The notes: a model not told the origin generated them from the letters alone. A stretch of DNA of 64,000 nucleotides from Gammaproteobacteria bacterium (GCA_050298595.1 JBNKUM010000028.1:39075-103074), one strand, 5' to 3'. Shown: positions 30,982 through 41,244, numbered from the stretch's first letter. Translations and numbers: made by a program.

Positions 30982-31274
30982 TTAAACCTGGATTCCGAGG
31001 TTGACCGCTCGTATTGGAGTGTAGTCCACTGTTTCGTAGACCATTACACTCGATTTATCTTTTCATCCAGCAGGTGAATCCCGCTACGAGCTTAATTGCA
31101 CGTTTGAGGCGTTGTATCTCTGCGTAGCCTATATGGACATAGGTAAGGGGCGTGAGCAGGACGCGGAAGCCTTGTAACTCCCTGGAAAAGCCCGCTATTC
31201 CGCGTCGTCACGCCTTGGTCTACAACACCACCGCAAACGCACTACAACTTGCCCAACTGCAAATTCCAGGTTAA
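30982..31274. mobile_element. MITE-like non-coding element (~290 bp) with imperfect terminal inverted repeats
   Basis: Left end ttaaacctggattccgaggttg...gtagacca versus right end tggtctac...caactgcaaattccaggttaa; TTAA at both ends; internal part recurs at 1-85 and 62326-62394. Confidence 0.65.
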
Positions 31275-31437
31275 AGCTGCATATTATAATAAAAAGCTTG
31301 TCCTGATTTTGTCTGTAATCGAACTTATATCAATCAGCCATAGTTAGCAGCTTGTAGTGCAAAACTAAGCTATGATAAAAAGAGTTTACATACAAGTTCT
31401 CAGCTGCAACAGAAGACGAGGCCCATAATACCCAATA

Positions 31438-33762
31438 ATGATTGTTAAATTATTAGCTGCACTGTTTTTTTTATTTATAGCCCCCTGTGCTACTCAAGCG
31501 AATGAAGATTTACAGTCAGTATCTTTACAGCTTAAATGGAAGCATGCCTTTCAATTTGCGGGGTTTTATATGGCAAAGGAAAAAGGGTTCTATCGTAAAG
31601 CGGGTCTGGATGTTGAAATCAGAGAAGCCTCAGCCGATAGCAACCTTGTTGATGAAGTGCTTTCAGGTAGAGCAACATTTGGTGTCAGTGACTCGGCTCT
31701 GGTTCAAAACTGGTTGAATGGTGAACCGGTGATAGCCTTAGCGGGGATTTTACAGCATTCGCCTCTTGCATTATTGACATTAAAGACATCAGGGATCAGC
31801 ACGCCTGATCAATTGAAGGGCAAGAAGGTGATGATGTTTTCCACTCGTAACACCGCATCTTTGACTTCTATGCTGGCCAGTAAAAGTATCAATACAAAGG
31901 ACTTTATTCAGATCCCGCATAGCTTCAATATTAAAGACCTGATTGAAGGCAGGGTGGATGCCTATGAGGTGTACACCTCGGATCAACCGCATCAGTTAGA
32001 GCAGTTGGGTATCCAGTACAATCTGCTTAATCCGGGTGATTACGGCTTCGATTTTTACGGTGATATCCTTTTTACTTCACTGCAGGAATTAAGGCGGCAG
32101 CCTGGTCAGACAAAGGCTTTTTATGAGGCTTCTATTGATGGATGGGAATATGCTTTTGCCCATATAGATGAAACCGTGGATTTAATTCTGAAAAATTATA
32201 ATAGTCAGCATCTGACAAAAGACCATTTGTACTATGAAGCGAGAGTACTGAAAAAATTATCAGGTTTAAGTGAGGGTTTGCTGGGTCATCTGGACGCAAC
32301 TAAAATTGATTCCATTGCAAATATTTATCGTTTGCTGGGACTCGCAACTGAAAAAGGTAAGCCGAAAAATTTTATCTATAGGGAAGGAGATTTTTATCTC
32401 TCACTCGATGAAAAAAAATATATAGCCGAAAATGAAATAAATATTATCAGCACGGATAACTGGGCCCCTTTTAATGCCAGGGATGATGATGGAGACCTGG
32501 CTGGTATAGCAATCGATTACTGGTCTTTGATTCAGAAGAAGACAGGATTGAAATCGCACATACAAGGTACCAGTTTGTGGATGGATGTTATTAATGGCAT
32601 AAAGAATAAAACGGCTGATTTAACGATATCGACCAGTGTTACTGAAGATAGAAAGCAGTACGCGATTTTTTCCGATCCTTATGCATTTTTCCCTATAGCA
32701 ATAGCGACAACTACCGATAAGGGGTTCATTTCTTCCGGTGCAGACCTGGTGGGGAAAACTGTTGCTGTGGGTAATAATTTCAGCGCTCATAAAATCCTTA
32801 AGCAACACTTCCCAGATATTAAATTTGTTGCGGTTAAAGATACAATCACTGCATTGCAATATGTATCGGATGGTAAGGCATTTGCTGCAGTAGATGTGTT
32901 ACCAGTATTGACGCATAAAATAGGTGAGCTTGGGTATAGTAATCTGAAAATTTCTGGCACCACAGAATTTAATATCGATATCAGGGTGATGGCCAGGAAA
33001 GACCTGCCGCAGTTGATTTCTATAATCAATAAAGGTATCAATGCCATTACGAATGATGAAAAAAAAACAATCTTCAATAAATGGGTTGGAGTAAAGATTG
33101 AAGGCAGGCAGGATTATTCTCTGGTGTGGAAAATAACGCTTCCATTGCTTTTTGTGCTAGCTATTATTTTATTCTGGAACCGGGTGCTAAAGCGGGAGAT
33201 AAAGCGGCGAGTAGATGCAGAAAATAAGCTAAGAATTCTAGCAACCACCGATGTGCTGACCGGTGTTCCTAATCGTTACAAAATGGAAAATGAGCTGGAT
33301 AAAATGTTGCAGGTATTTGCAAGATATCAGCGCCCATTCAGTATAATGTTTCTCGATCTTGATGATTTTAAGATTATTAATGATACCTTTGGACACGAGG
33401 CAGGTGATGTGACATTAATCGAGTTTGCTGAGTTAGTTAGATCCTGTCTTCGTGGTAGTGATTATTTCGGTCGTTGGGGTGGAGAAGAGTTTTTGATCAT
33501 AATGCCTGAAGCAACTTTGCAAAAAGCGATGAAGCTGGCAAATAAATTATTGAAGCTGATTTCAAGCCATAAATTCTCAACAATCAATCAACTGACCAGT
33601 AGCATTGGTATTGCAGAAGCGGTTGAGAATGACAATCTAAAGTCGATTTTAAGTAGAGCTGATATACGTCTGTATCGGGCCAAAGAGCTGGGTAAAAACA
33701 GGATTGAGAGTTTATACAATGGGGAAACCACTCCAGTAAAAGGTTCGCCTTTATCTGAGTAA
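31438..33762 (+). CDS. Membrane-bound diguanylate cyclase with NMT1/THI5-like and PBP sensor domains
   Basis: Signal peptide, QLKWKHAFQFAGFY.A.EKGFY (NMT1-like), second PBP domain (NWAPF), TM helix, DLDDFK.INDTFGH, RGSD I-site, GGEEF. Confidence 0.9.
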   Translation: MIVKLLAALFFLFIAPCATQANEDLQSVSLQLKWKHAFQFAGFYMAKEKGFYRKAGLDVEIREASADSNLVDEVLSGRATFGVSDSALVQNWLNGEPVIALAGILQHSPLALLTLKTSGISTPDQLKGKKVMMFSTRNTASLTSMLASKSINTKDFIQIPHSFNIKDLIEGRVDAYEVYTSDQPHQLEQLGIQYNLLNPGDYGFDFYGDILFTSLQELRRQPGQTKAFYEASIDGWEYAFAHIDETVDLILKNYNSQHLTKDHLYYEARVLKKLSGLSEGLLGHLDATKIDSIANIYRLLGLATEKGKPKNFIYREGDFYLSLDEKKYIAENEINIISTDNWAPFNARDDDGDLAGIAIDYWSLIQKKTGLKSHIQGTSLWMDVINGIKNKTADLTISTSVTEDRKQYAIFSDPYAFFPIAIATTTDKGFISSGADLVGKTVAVGNNFSAHKILKQHFPDIKFVAVKDTITALQYVSDGKAFAAVDVLPVLTHKIGELGYSNLKISGTTEFNIDIRVMARKDLPQLISIINKGINAITNDEKKTIFNKWVGVKIEGRQDYSLVWKITLPLLFVLAIILFWNRVLKREIKRRVDAENKLRILATTDVLTGVPNRYKMENELDKMLQVFARYQRPFSIMFLDLDDFKIINDTFGHEAGDVTLIEFAELVRSCLRGSDYFGRWGGEEFLIIMPEATLQKAMKLANKLLKLISSHKFSTINQLTSSIGIAEAVENDNLKSILSRADIRLYRAKELGKNRIESLYNGETTPVKGSPLSE

Positions 33763-33783
33763 TATCTTACAGATGGTCTCTGA

Positions 33784-34839
33784 TTATGCAGTGATGTCAG
33801 CTAACTGTGTTAACAGCGTGATAAATTTATCTACCGACTGCATGGAGGCTGACTCTGAGGTAGTGTGGTAGCCGGTAGTGGGAATCTGGATGGTTGTGCC
33901 GTCTACAAGGCCATTTGAAGCAGCGATTATTCTCCCCAGTTCTATACTGCCAAAGGTTTGTGGTTTGAGTCCTTCTGCGATTAGTGTGCGGTTTTTTTCT
34001 TCTATCACTTTATCTTTAAACGAATAAGGGATTTCATTTTTCATGCACAGTGATTCAACAATGCTGGTGGCTTCAGAATTAAATGTCGCATTGGCATCTT
34101 TGTTACGCAGCACCAGTAGTTGCTGATCAGCATCTTGTACGCTATTAAATGGGCTCGTATCTACAGCAAACAGGCGGTTGGTTGTATGACCAAATCGGCG
34201 GAACCATTCCAGCAGGTAGCGCCAGCTTTTACCGGCTTCTTCCTGAGCAGTGAAAAAAACAGTACCCTGAAAACCGATGCTGAATAAATGTACCAGGGCA
34301 GCAGCGCTTAATACATTATCCAGCTGTCCCAGTAGTCGATTTCCTTCAATCCTTAATTTATCCTCGAATGCAACTGGCGTTCCGGCGACTACATCAGAGA
34401 GGCCATCAATCTCGAAAATAAGATTTTTGCGATGCTCGCAAACATAAGTTTTTTTGATCACGCCATTACCGCGATACATTCCTGACCAGGGTTCATAGGC
34501 ATACACAGGCGCAGCTTCAAAGCGTTCGGTGACCTTTGCCATCAGTTCTTCTGAAACTGAATTATTCAGCAGGTCAGAGCGATTGGCAGTAATAAAGGCG
34601 GCAAATTGAAATTCATTGGGGCCGGTGCAAATCAGGCCGTGCCGGTCTATGTGGGCGGATATCATGGTGCTGGATGGATTTTTGCCCTGAGCTACCAGTA
34701 TGCCTTCATACCAGTGAACACTGGCGCCTCGTTCTTCAAGTTCTCGTTGTAATACTCTAAAAAATGAGTGCTCAGCACCGACAACACTGGGTTGTCGAAT
34801 GAGTAGTTTTAACAGATCGATAAAATCTGGGTTTAGCAA
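33784..34839 (-). CDS. M42/M20-like metallopeptidase
   Basis: SAHIDR, QLDN, AQEE, VDTS, GYHT metal-ligand pattern. Confidence 0.75.
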   Translation of the reverse strand: MLNPDFIDLLKLLIRQPSVVGAEHSFFRVLQRELEERGASVHWYEGILVAQGKNPSSTMISAHIDRHGLICTGPNEFQFAAFITANRSDLLNNSVSEELMAKVTERFEAAPVYAYEPWSGMYRGNGVIKKTYVCEHRKNLIFEIDGLSDVVAGTPVAFEDKLRIEGNRLLGQLDNVLSAAALVHLFSIGFQGTVFFTAQEEAGKSWRYLLEWFRRFGHTTNRLFAVDTSPFNSVQDADQQLLVLRNKDANATFNSEATSIVESLCMKNEIPYSFKDKVIEEKNRTLIAEGLKPQTFGSIELGRIIAASNGLVDGTTIQIPTTGYHTTSESASMQSVDKFITLLTQLADITA

Positions 34840-34944
34840 TTTGGTTTGTCCCGTACAGCGGCTGGTTCGCCTGAGAAGGAAAAACTAGATGGCTTGAATA
34901 TCATCGCTATTTTTTAATGACAATAAAATAGCAATGATTGAGAG

Positions 34945-37704
34945 CTATTTAGGAGTTGGATTTTTTAATGCGGCATGCGCAGCAGCAAGACGGGCAACCG
35001 GTATTCTGGGCGCAGAACAGGATACATAATTAAGCATAGCATTATGGCAGAATTCTATCGATGCAGGATGCCCCCCATGTTCACCGCAGATACCTACTGA
35101 TAAATCTGGTTTTACCTCTCTACCCCATTGTATGGCCAGTTTCATCAGCTTACCGACACCGTTCGAATCAAGGACTTCGAAAGGGTTGTCCCTGAGGATC
35201 ATATTCTGGTTGTACATGGGCAGGAATTTATTTTCTGCATCTTCGCGTGAAAAAGAAAAAGTCGCCTGAGTCAGGTCATTGGTACCGAAAGAGAAAAATT
35301 CAGAGTTTGCAGCCAGATCATCTGCTCGCATACAGGCACGTACGACTTCTATCATTGTGCCAAAGCGACAGTTGAGTGTATGCCCTGATTGTTTTTCCAC
35401 CTCAGCCTTGATCTCATCCACGTAACGACGCACCCAGATTAACTCTTCTGCAGAACATACCTGTGGCACCATCATTTGCGGATGAACCTCTAACCCTTTT
35501 GCGGTACATTCGGCTTCTGCTTCTAGAATGGCGCGGATTTGCATGCGATAGATTTCCGGATAAGTGATACCCAGGCGCACACCGCGATGTCCCAGCATAG
35601 GATTCACCTCGGTCAGGGCTCTGACTTTTTTAAGCATCACCTCTTTGGTGGCTATCGCCTGCTCAACCAGCCCAATATCGACGATATTGGGGATTTCGGT
35701 ATTCAGATTGGCCGTATTTTTTAGCAACATTATAGAGTTTGAAAGGACGTCCAGACCGCGGATCGAACGTTTCAGATGATGTAGCTTATCAATATCATCC
35801 CTGAGTTGCTCCTCAGTGGGCAGGAACTCGTGGATTGGTGGGTCGAGTAGACGGATAGTCACGGGGAATGGAGCCATTGTTTCAAACAGTTTTCTAAAGT
35901 CAGAGCGCTGTATCGGTAGTAAACGATCCAGTGCAGACTGGCGATTTTCAGTCGTTTCAGCAACAATCATTTCGATGACGATGGGTAAGCGATCAATCGC
36001 ATTAAACATACGCTCGGTACGGCACAGGCCGATACCTTTTGCACCAAACTTGAGTGCTTTTGCAGCATCTTCAGGAGTGTCTGCATTCGCCATCACGCGC
36101 AGATAGGCCGCCTCGTCAGCCCATGCCAGGAGCTGATTAAGCTCATGACTAAATTCGGGTTCTACGGTAGGGACTTCCCCCAGATAAACATTACCGTTGG
36201 AGCCATCGATGGTGATGACATCACCTTCCTGGATAACATGAATGCCTATTCTGGCTTCGCGTCGCTGAACATCGACATGTATGCCCTCGGCACCGGCTAC
36301 ACAGGGCTTACCCATACCGCGCGCGACTACGGCGGCATGCGATGTTTTACCGCCACGACTGGTGAGTATGCCCTGAGAGGCAAAGAAACCGTGTATGTCT
36401 TCGGGCTTGGTTTCTTCGCGTACCAGAATGACTTTGGAACCCATGTCTTTACCCAGTAGTTCAGCGCGATCAGCATCAAATACTGCCTGGCCAACCGCAG
36501 CACCAGGTGAAGCAGGTAAACCCTGTGCGATGGGTTGTACGCGAACATTTTTATCCAGCGTGGGATAAAGCATCTGTTCCAGATCATCAGGATTAATTCT
36601 GAGTAAGGCCTGATGCCTGTCTATCAGATTTTCCAGAACCATCTCGACCGAACTGCGTACAGTGGCAGAGGCGTTCATTTTGCCGTTACGTGTTTGCAGG
36701 CAGTAGAGCGTGCCTCTCTCGATAGTGAACTCAAAATCCTGTACTTCTTTATAGTGTGATTCTAGCTTATCACGTAATTCGGCCAGTTCTTTGGCCATTT
36801 GCGGCATTTCCTTATCAAGCCGATCTATGGCTTTGGGCGTACGGATACCAGCGACTACATCTTCGCCCTGCGCATTGACCAGATATTCACCGTACAAGCG
36901 ATTTTCGCCGCTACCTGGGTTACGTGTAAAGGCAACACCGGTAGCTGAATCATTTCCTCGATTGCCGAATACCATGGTGCATATATTGACTGCGGTACCA
37001 TTCGCCATATCGGGAGTGATATGAAACTCGCGTCGATAATCGACAGCGCGTTTACCGCTCCATGACTGAAATACGGCCTTTATGGCTATTTCAAGCTGCT
37101 CGAAAGGGTCTTCGGGAAAGGGGGTACCTGTCTGTGCTTCATAAACCTTCAGGTATGTCTTGCAGATTTGCTCCAGATCCTGAGCGGATAGGCCGACGTC
37201 TTCAGTGACTCGGGCAGCCTGTTTTACGGCTTCGAATTCTTCATCGAATAGTTCATCAGGGATACCCATCGCTACCTTGCCGAACAGCTGGATGAAGCGG
37301 CGGTAGGCATCGTAGCCAAAACGCGCATCTCCAGTCTGTTTGATTTCGCCTTTCAGGGTCTGGCTGTTAAGGCCGAGGTTAAGTATGGTATCCATCATGC
37401 CAGGCATGGACATGGCTGAGCCACTACGTACCGAGATTAGTAAGGGATTGTCGGCATCACCAAAACCTTTGCCTGTAGCTTTTTCTACCTTTTGAATCTG
37501 TTCTCTAACCTGTTGCATTACCTTTTTAGGTAATGAATTGTCGTCTGATTCAAGATAGTACAGGCAAGCTTCGGTAGTAATGACAAAACCAGGCGGAACG
37601 TTCAGGCCGATTTGGGTCATTTCGCACAGATTTGCACCTTTTCCACCAAGTAGCTTTTTATTCTTCCCGTCACCCTCGGTAAAGTTATATACCCATTTTT
37701 TCAT
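34945..37704 (-). CDS. ppdK: Pyruvate, phosphate dikinase
   Basis: LLGGKGANL, SVRSG...SMPGMMDT, GGKTSHAAVVARG (phospho-His), GLCRTE, FSFGTNDLTQ, GICGEHGG. Confidence 0.97.
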   Translation of the reverse strand: MKKWVYNFTEGDGKNKKLLGGKGANLCEMTQIGLNVPPGFVITTEACLYYLESDDNSLPKKVMQQVREQIQKVEKATGKGFGDADNPLLISVRSGSAMSMPGMMDTILNLGLNSQTLKGEIKQTGDARFGYDAYRRFIQLFGKVAMGIPDELFDEEFEAVKQAARVTEDVGLSAQDLEQICKTYLKVYEAQTGTPFPEDPFEQLEIAIKAVFQSWSGKRAVDYRREFHITPDMANGTAVNICTMVFGNRGNDSATGVAFTRNPGSGENRLYGEYLVNAQGEDVVAGIRTPKAIDRLDKEMPQMAKELAELRDKLESHYKEVQDFEFTIERGTLYCLQTRNGKMNASATVRSSVEMVLENLIDRHQALLRINPDDLEQMLYPTLDKNVRVQPIAQGLPASPGAAVGQAVFDADRAELLGKDMGSKVILVREETKPEDIHGFFASQGILTSRGGKTSHAAVVARGMGKPCVAGAEGIHVDVQRREARIGIHVIQEGDVITIDGSNGNVYLGEVPTVEPEFSHELNQLLAWADEAAYLRVMANADTPEDAAKALKFGAKGIGLCRTERMFNAIDRLPIVIEMIVAETTENRQSALDRLLPIQRSDFRKLFETMAPFPVTIRLLDPPIHEFLPTEEQLRDDIDKLHHLKRSIRGLDVLSNSIMLLKNTANLNTEIPNIVDIGLVEQAIATKEVMLKKVRALTEVNPMLGHRGVRLGITYPEIYRMQIRAILEAEAECTAKGLEVHPQMMVPQVCSAEELIWVRRYVDEIKAEVEKQSGHTLNCRFGTMIEVVRACMRADDLAANSEFFSFGTNDLTQATFSFSREDAENKFLPMYNQNMILRDNPFEVLDSNGVGKLMKLAIQWGREVKPDLSVGICGEHGGHPASIEFCHNAMLNYVSCSAPRIPVARLAAAHAALKNPTPK

Positions 37705-37764
37705 AGTAACCCCTTGTTATAAATTTCCAGCCTTGTTGATTTCTACTATATTGGGTTAATCGGT

Positions 37765-38019
37765 TTAGTCTATCAGTTTGAGTTTCTCCGATTTAATCCA
37801 TTTATCGATTTGAGCTTCTGCAGCAAGCCAGTTGTCGAGTTCGCTATTGGATCTGAAATTCTGTTGCTCGGCTAGCAGGTAGGCGGCTTCGGCTATCTTT
37901 TGATAACGCAATTGGTAACTGATAGTTTTAGCGGCTTTTTTTACGCTAGCTTTTTTAGGTGCGGCCTTTTTAGCTACGGCTTTCTTAACAGCCTTTTTCT
38001 TAGGTGTGGCTTTGTCCAT
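37765..38019 (-). CDS. DUF2934-like protein with histone H1-like Lys/Ala-rich N-terminus
   Basis: KKAVKKAVAKKAAPKK repeats, then RYQKIAEAAYLLAEQ..F....LDNWLAAE. Confidence 0.8.
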   Translation of the reverse strand: MDKATPKKKAVKKAVAKKAAPKKASVKKAAKTISYQLRYQKIAEAAYLLAEQQNFRSNSELDNWLAAEAQIDKWIKSEKLKLID

Positions 38020-38269
38020 TGTGTTTACCCTCTGTTTTGTATCGTTGGAAGCTAAAACTCAATATTTGATTACTATAAGGCATTACAGGGCATTATATAA
38101 AATATTTTTGAATAATCCTTAAACTTATTCAATCTTAGTTACTGCTTTTTGGTGCTATATAGCATGTTATCACAACTATGATACCTTAATCCTTATAGTC
38201 TCAACTGAATATAGTTGATTGATCCAGATCAGTTTTAAATGAATATTATAGCCCTGAAAACCCCGGTTT

Positions 38270-39217
38270 TCAGGAAGGTATAAAGTCATAGGTGTAGGGA
38301 GCGATAATGACAGGCACTTTTTTGTTAGCAAACTTAAACTTGCTGATTTTTGAGATAAGGCGTTGTTCCATTTTTTTATTGCCTAGTTCGCTGGATACGA
38401 TGACACATTTGGTTACCGTACCATCAGGAGCAATAGTCAGTTCAAAAACAACCTTACCCTGTAATGTAGGGTCTTTGCGTAATTCACGATTATAGATTGC
38501 ATCGATAGCACCCTGATTCTTTTGGAAAACGAGAGCAATTTCTTCCTGACTACGGCTAGCACCACGTGATGAGGGTGTTGATGCTTTGGCGATCTGAGTT
38601 TTGCTGGCAATCTTGCTTTCGACCTTGCTGGTGGTTTGGCGTTGCGCAAGCTCACTGCCCTTGATCTTGCGAGACAGCGTATTTGTGGCAATGCCGCCAC
38701 TGCCCTGAGTAGCTTTAGCAGTCAGCACATCACTGGTTGATATGACGGTTTCAGCCTGATTCCCAGTTTTCTGTTGAGGCAGGTCGGCTATATCGGAAAA
38801 ATCAAAACTTTCTCGCAGATCCGACAGTTCGTCGCTCAAAGCAATTAAACCACTTTGCTGGGCTTTCTTTTTCGCCGCAGCTCGACTGTCTGGTTTTGTT
38901 TCGGGCTTGGGTATCTCTTTCGGTTTGGGTTTCTCAGGTTCTTTTTTCTCTTTTTTGGGTTTTTCAGCCTCTTTCTTTTCAGGCTTGGGTGGCGGCGGCG
39001 GTGGCTGCTTTTTCTTTTCCTGAATCAACTGCGCCAGACGGGGTGAAACATCTACCAGCTTGCGTTGTTTTGGCTCAGGAAGAATCACACTGTTGATGAT
39101 AAGGCCCAGGATTAGAAAAATTATTATCAGAGCAATTGCCATACGGCGAAACAGACGATCTTCCTTGCCTTCAACCCAGGGTAAAAGTAGATCGACGGGG
39201 ATTAATTGAGTTGACAT
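38270..39217 (-). CDS. TonB-like energy transducer with AgmX/PglI-type C-terminal domain (GltG-like)
   Basis: N-terminal TM, PPPPPP and KE-rich linker, C-terminal RS.EEI..VF......I..IYNRELRKDPTLQGKVVFELTI.PDGTV. Confidence 0.82.
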   Translation of the reverse strand: MSTQLIPVDLLLPWVEGKEDRLFRRMAIALIIIFLILGLIINSVILPEPKQRKLVDVSPRLAQLIQEKKKQPPPPPPKPEKKEAEKPKKEKKEPEKPKPKEIPKPETKPDSRAAAKKKAQQSGLIALSDELSDLRESFDFSDIADLPQQKTGNQAETVISTSDVLTAKATQGSGGIATNTLSRKIKGSELAQRQTTSKVESKIASKTQIAKASTPSSRGASRSQEEIALVFQKNQGAIDAIYNRELRKDPTLQGKVVFELTIAPDGTVTKCVIVSSELGNKKMEQRLISKISKFKFANKKVPVIIAPYTYDFIPS

Positions 39218-39218
39218 A

Positions 39219-39716
39219 TCAGCCCTCTACCTCAGCTGATTTCTGGATAACGGCAAATGACAGGTTGGTAAAACCGGCCCCCTGGCAGGTGAGCATTATT
39301 TTTTTTAGTAGTGCATAAGGTATCTCTCGATCAGCCATAATGGTGACACCTTTTTTATCGGTCAGGTCTTTAACTTTTACTACTGTAGTTTTGAGAGACT
39401 TAAACAATGCAGGAATAGTTTTTTGTTCAGGGTTGCTTACCGACTTTACGTCGACTACAGGTAAGCCTTCGAGATTAATGCTTTCATTATTCACTGAGAT
39501 GACCAGATTTCTACGTGGTACCTGATCAGCCATAGAATTGGGCAGCGTTATTTTTTTAGGAGTGGGTAACACCTCAGAACTGGTGGCATTGACCAGCAGG
39601 AAAAACACCAGGATGGTGAAGATATCCATCAGCGAAATCATGTTCAGCCCGGCATTACGATCCTTACTGCGGGCATGGTGTGACTGCATTCGTTTGGCGC
39701 GTCGTGAAAGTTTCAT
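39219..39716 (-). CDS. exbD: ExbD/TolR-family protein (AglS-like), membrane Asp retained
   Basis: LNMISLMDIFTILVFFLL TM with D31; IMADREIPY..LKKIM. Confidence 0.88.
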   Translation of the reverse strand: MKLSRRAKRMQSHHARSKDRNAGLNMISLMDIFTILVFFLLVNATSSEVLPTPKKITLPNSMADQVPRRNLVISVNNESINLEGLPVVDVKSVSNPEQKTIPALFKSLKTTVVKVKDLTDKKGVTIMADREIPYALLKKIMLTCQGAGFTNLSFAVIQKSAEVEG

Positions 39717-39741
39717 GAGCTATCCGTTATTTCTCACCAGG

Positions 39742-40236
39742 TTATTTGGCGGCATCGCCGATGGATATATCGGGAAACAGTTCAGCAAAAAACTGTTCAC
39801 CTTCGTACATGGCTGCATAGGAGCGAGCACTATCCATCACCTGGATCATGTCATTGTAGGGGGTATCTGCTTCAGACAGAATGGTGATATTAGTTTTATC
39901 TGGAAATCGTGATTTGATCATTTTCAGGGTTTCTTTTAATACCGCATAGTTTTGATCCTGTGCAGTTTTGGGTATGCGTTTGATCAGCCCGCCTTTATTA
40001 TCCGATACGATTAACGCATCCTTACGGATGGTTACACGTAATTCATAGGGCGGATTTTTAGGGTCTTCGTTATTGGCTGCGCCTGGAGGCGGCAGGTTCA
40101 GGTCAAGGATAGTGATATGACTGAAAACCGCTGTCATCAGTAGAAAAGGTACCAGTACCACCATCAGGTTCATGAAGGCAGTAATGTTGAGCTCAACCGC
40201 TGGATGTTTACGCCGTATGCGTTTATTTCGAGCCAT
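39742..40236 (-). CDS. exbD: ExbD/TolR-family protein (AglQ-like), Asn at the canonical Asp position
   Basis: LNITAFMNLMVVLVPFLLMTAVF TM with N23; TPYNDMIQVMD; LFPDISI. Confidence 0.85.
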   Translation of the reverse strand: MARNKRIRRKHPAVELNITAFMNLMVVLVPFLLMTAVFSHITILDLNLPPPGAANNEDPKNPPYELRVTIRKDALIVSDNKGGLIKRIPKTAQDQNYAVLKETLKMIKSRFPDKTNITILSEADTPYNDMIQVMDSARSYAAMYEGEQFFAELFPDISIGDAAK

Positions 40237-40239
40237 GGT

Positions 40240-40878
40240 TTACTGACCGGTGCTTTTGAATTTAGCCAGATGGTTGGTGAAACGCACGGTCGCCATTTCC
40301 AGGCTGTCGATAATCTCTGTGGTTTTGGTTTGTAGCAGGGTGTAAAAAACCAGCAGAGGAATTGCAACGATCAATCCGAAGGCTGTGGTGTTCATGGCGA
40401 CTGAGATACTGGTCGACAGGATTTCTGCCTTCATCGATGGGTCAACCTGAGCTACCGCAGTAAATGCCTTGATCAAGCCGATAATGGTACCCAGTAATCC
40501 CAGCAGAGTTGCTATGTTGGCAAATAGCGCCAGGTAATGAGTGCGTTTTTCGAGGCGAGGAATGGCTTCCATGATGCTTTCTTCCATCGAGGCTTCTATG
40601 TCTTCGCGACGGCGAGCATTTTTGAAGTTATTCAAGCCCTGAGCCAGAATTTTACTCACGGTTGAGTTCGATTCCCTGGTGAGTTTGATGACGCTGTTCA
40701 TTTCCCCTTTTTCAAGCATTGGGATGATCTGGTTAAGCACGAGACGATTTTTAGATTTCGCCACAGTTAGAAAAATATAACGTTCCAGAGTAATGGCCAG
40801 GCCTAAAGCGAGTACAACCAGTATCGGATACATAAAAGGTCCGCCTGACTGAAAAAAATTAATAACGGTGTTAAGCAT
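40240..40878 (-). CDS. exbB: MotA/TolQ/ExbB proton-channel protein (AglR-like)
   Basis: GGPFMYPI, ATLLGLLGTIIGLI, ISVAMNTTAFGLIVAIP. Confidence 0.9.
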   Translation of the reverse strand: MLNTVINFFQSGGPFMYPILVVLALGLAITLERYIFLTVAKSKNRLVLNQIIPMLEKGEMNSVIKLTRESNSTVSKILAQGLNNFKNARRREDIEASMEESIMEAIPRLEKRTHYLALFANIATLLGLLGTIIGLIKAFTAVAQVDPSMKAEILSTSISVAMNTTAFGLIVAIPLLVFYTLLQTKTTEIIDSLEMATVRFTNHLAKFKSTGQ

Positions 40879-40970
40879 GGGATCTTTCTCCGTGGTTCAT
40901 CGTGCAGTTGATATACTGCGGTGTTTGATTAAATAAATGTGATAAAGCGGTCATTGATTGTAAATATTTT

Positions 40971-41237
40971 CTAAAGTTCAGGATACAGTTCACGATAGTA
41001 TTTTACCTGGCGACGAAAGCTACTAGGTTCCAGAGGCTGCAGTGCATCATCCAGGACACTGCTATAAGCCGGTGTTGAAAGGTCAATTTTATCTGCCGGT
41101 TTCCAGGGCACGACATACATTACAGTGGGTAATTCCTTATTTCCAATGATAGATGTACCCTGCATCTCAAGACGTTCCTGCGCCAATACCTCAAGCGGAA
41201 GTATCAACAACATAAGGGGAATAAGTAATATTTTCAT
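40971..41237 (-). CDS. Small exported protein (GltF-like position)
   Basis: Signal peptide ending VLA; G.SIIGNKELPTVMYVVPWK; lies between the TPR lipoprotein and exbB. Confidence 0.7.
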   Translation of the reverse strand: MKILLIPLMLLILPLEVLAQERLEMQGTSIIGNKELPTVMYVVPWKPADKIDLSTPAYSSVLDDALQPLEPSSFRRQVKYYRELYPEL

Positions 41238-41244
41238 TCTACTT

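Noticed and set aside
30874-31077. 67-aa ORF as a transposase remnant
   Set aside because: Overlaps the moeA start and the repeat end; no DDE or HUH motif.
38270-40878. Canonical Tol-Pal or TonB-ExbBD iron uptake operon
   Set aside because: No tolB/pal/ybgC and no TonB-dependent receptor; two ExbD paralogs and an AgmX/PglI-type C-terminal domain point to the Agl-Glt-like class.
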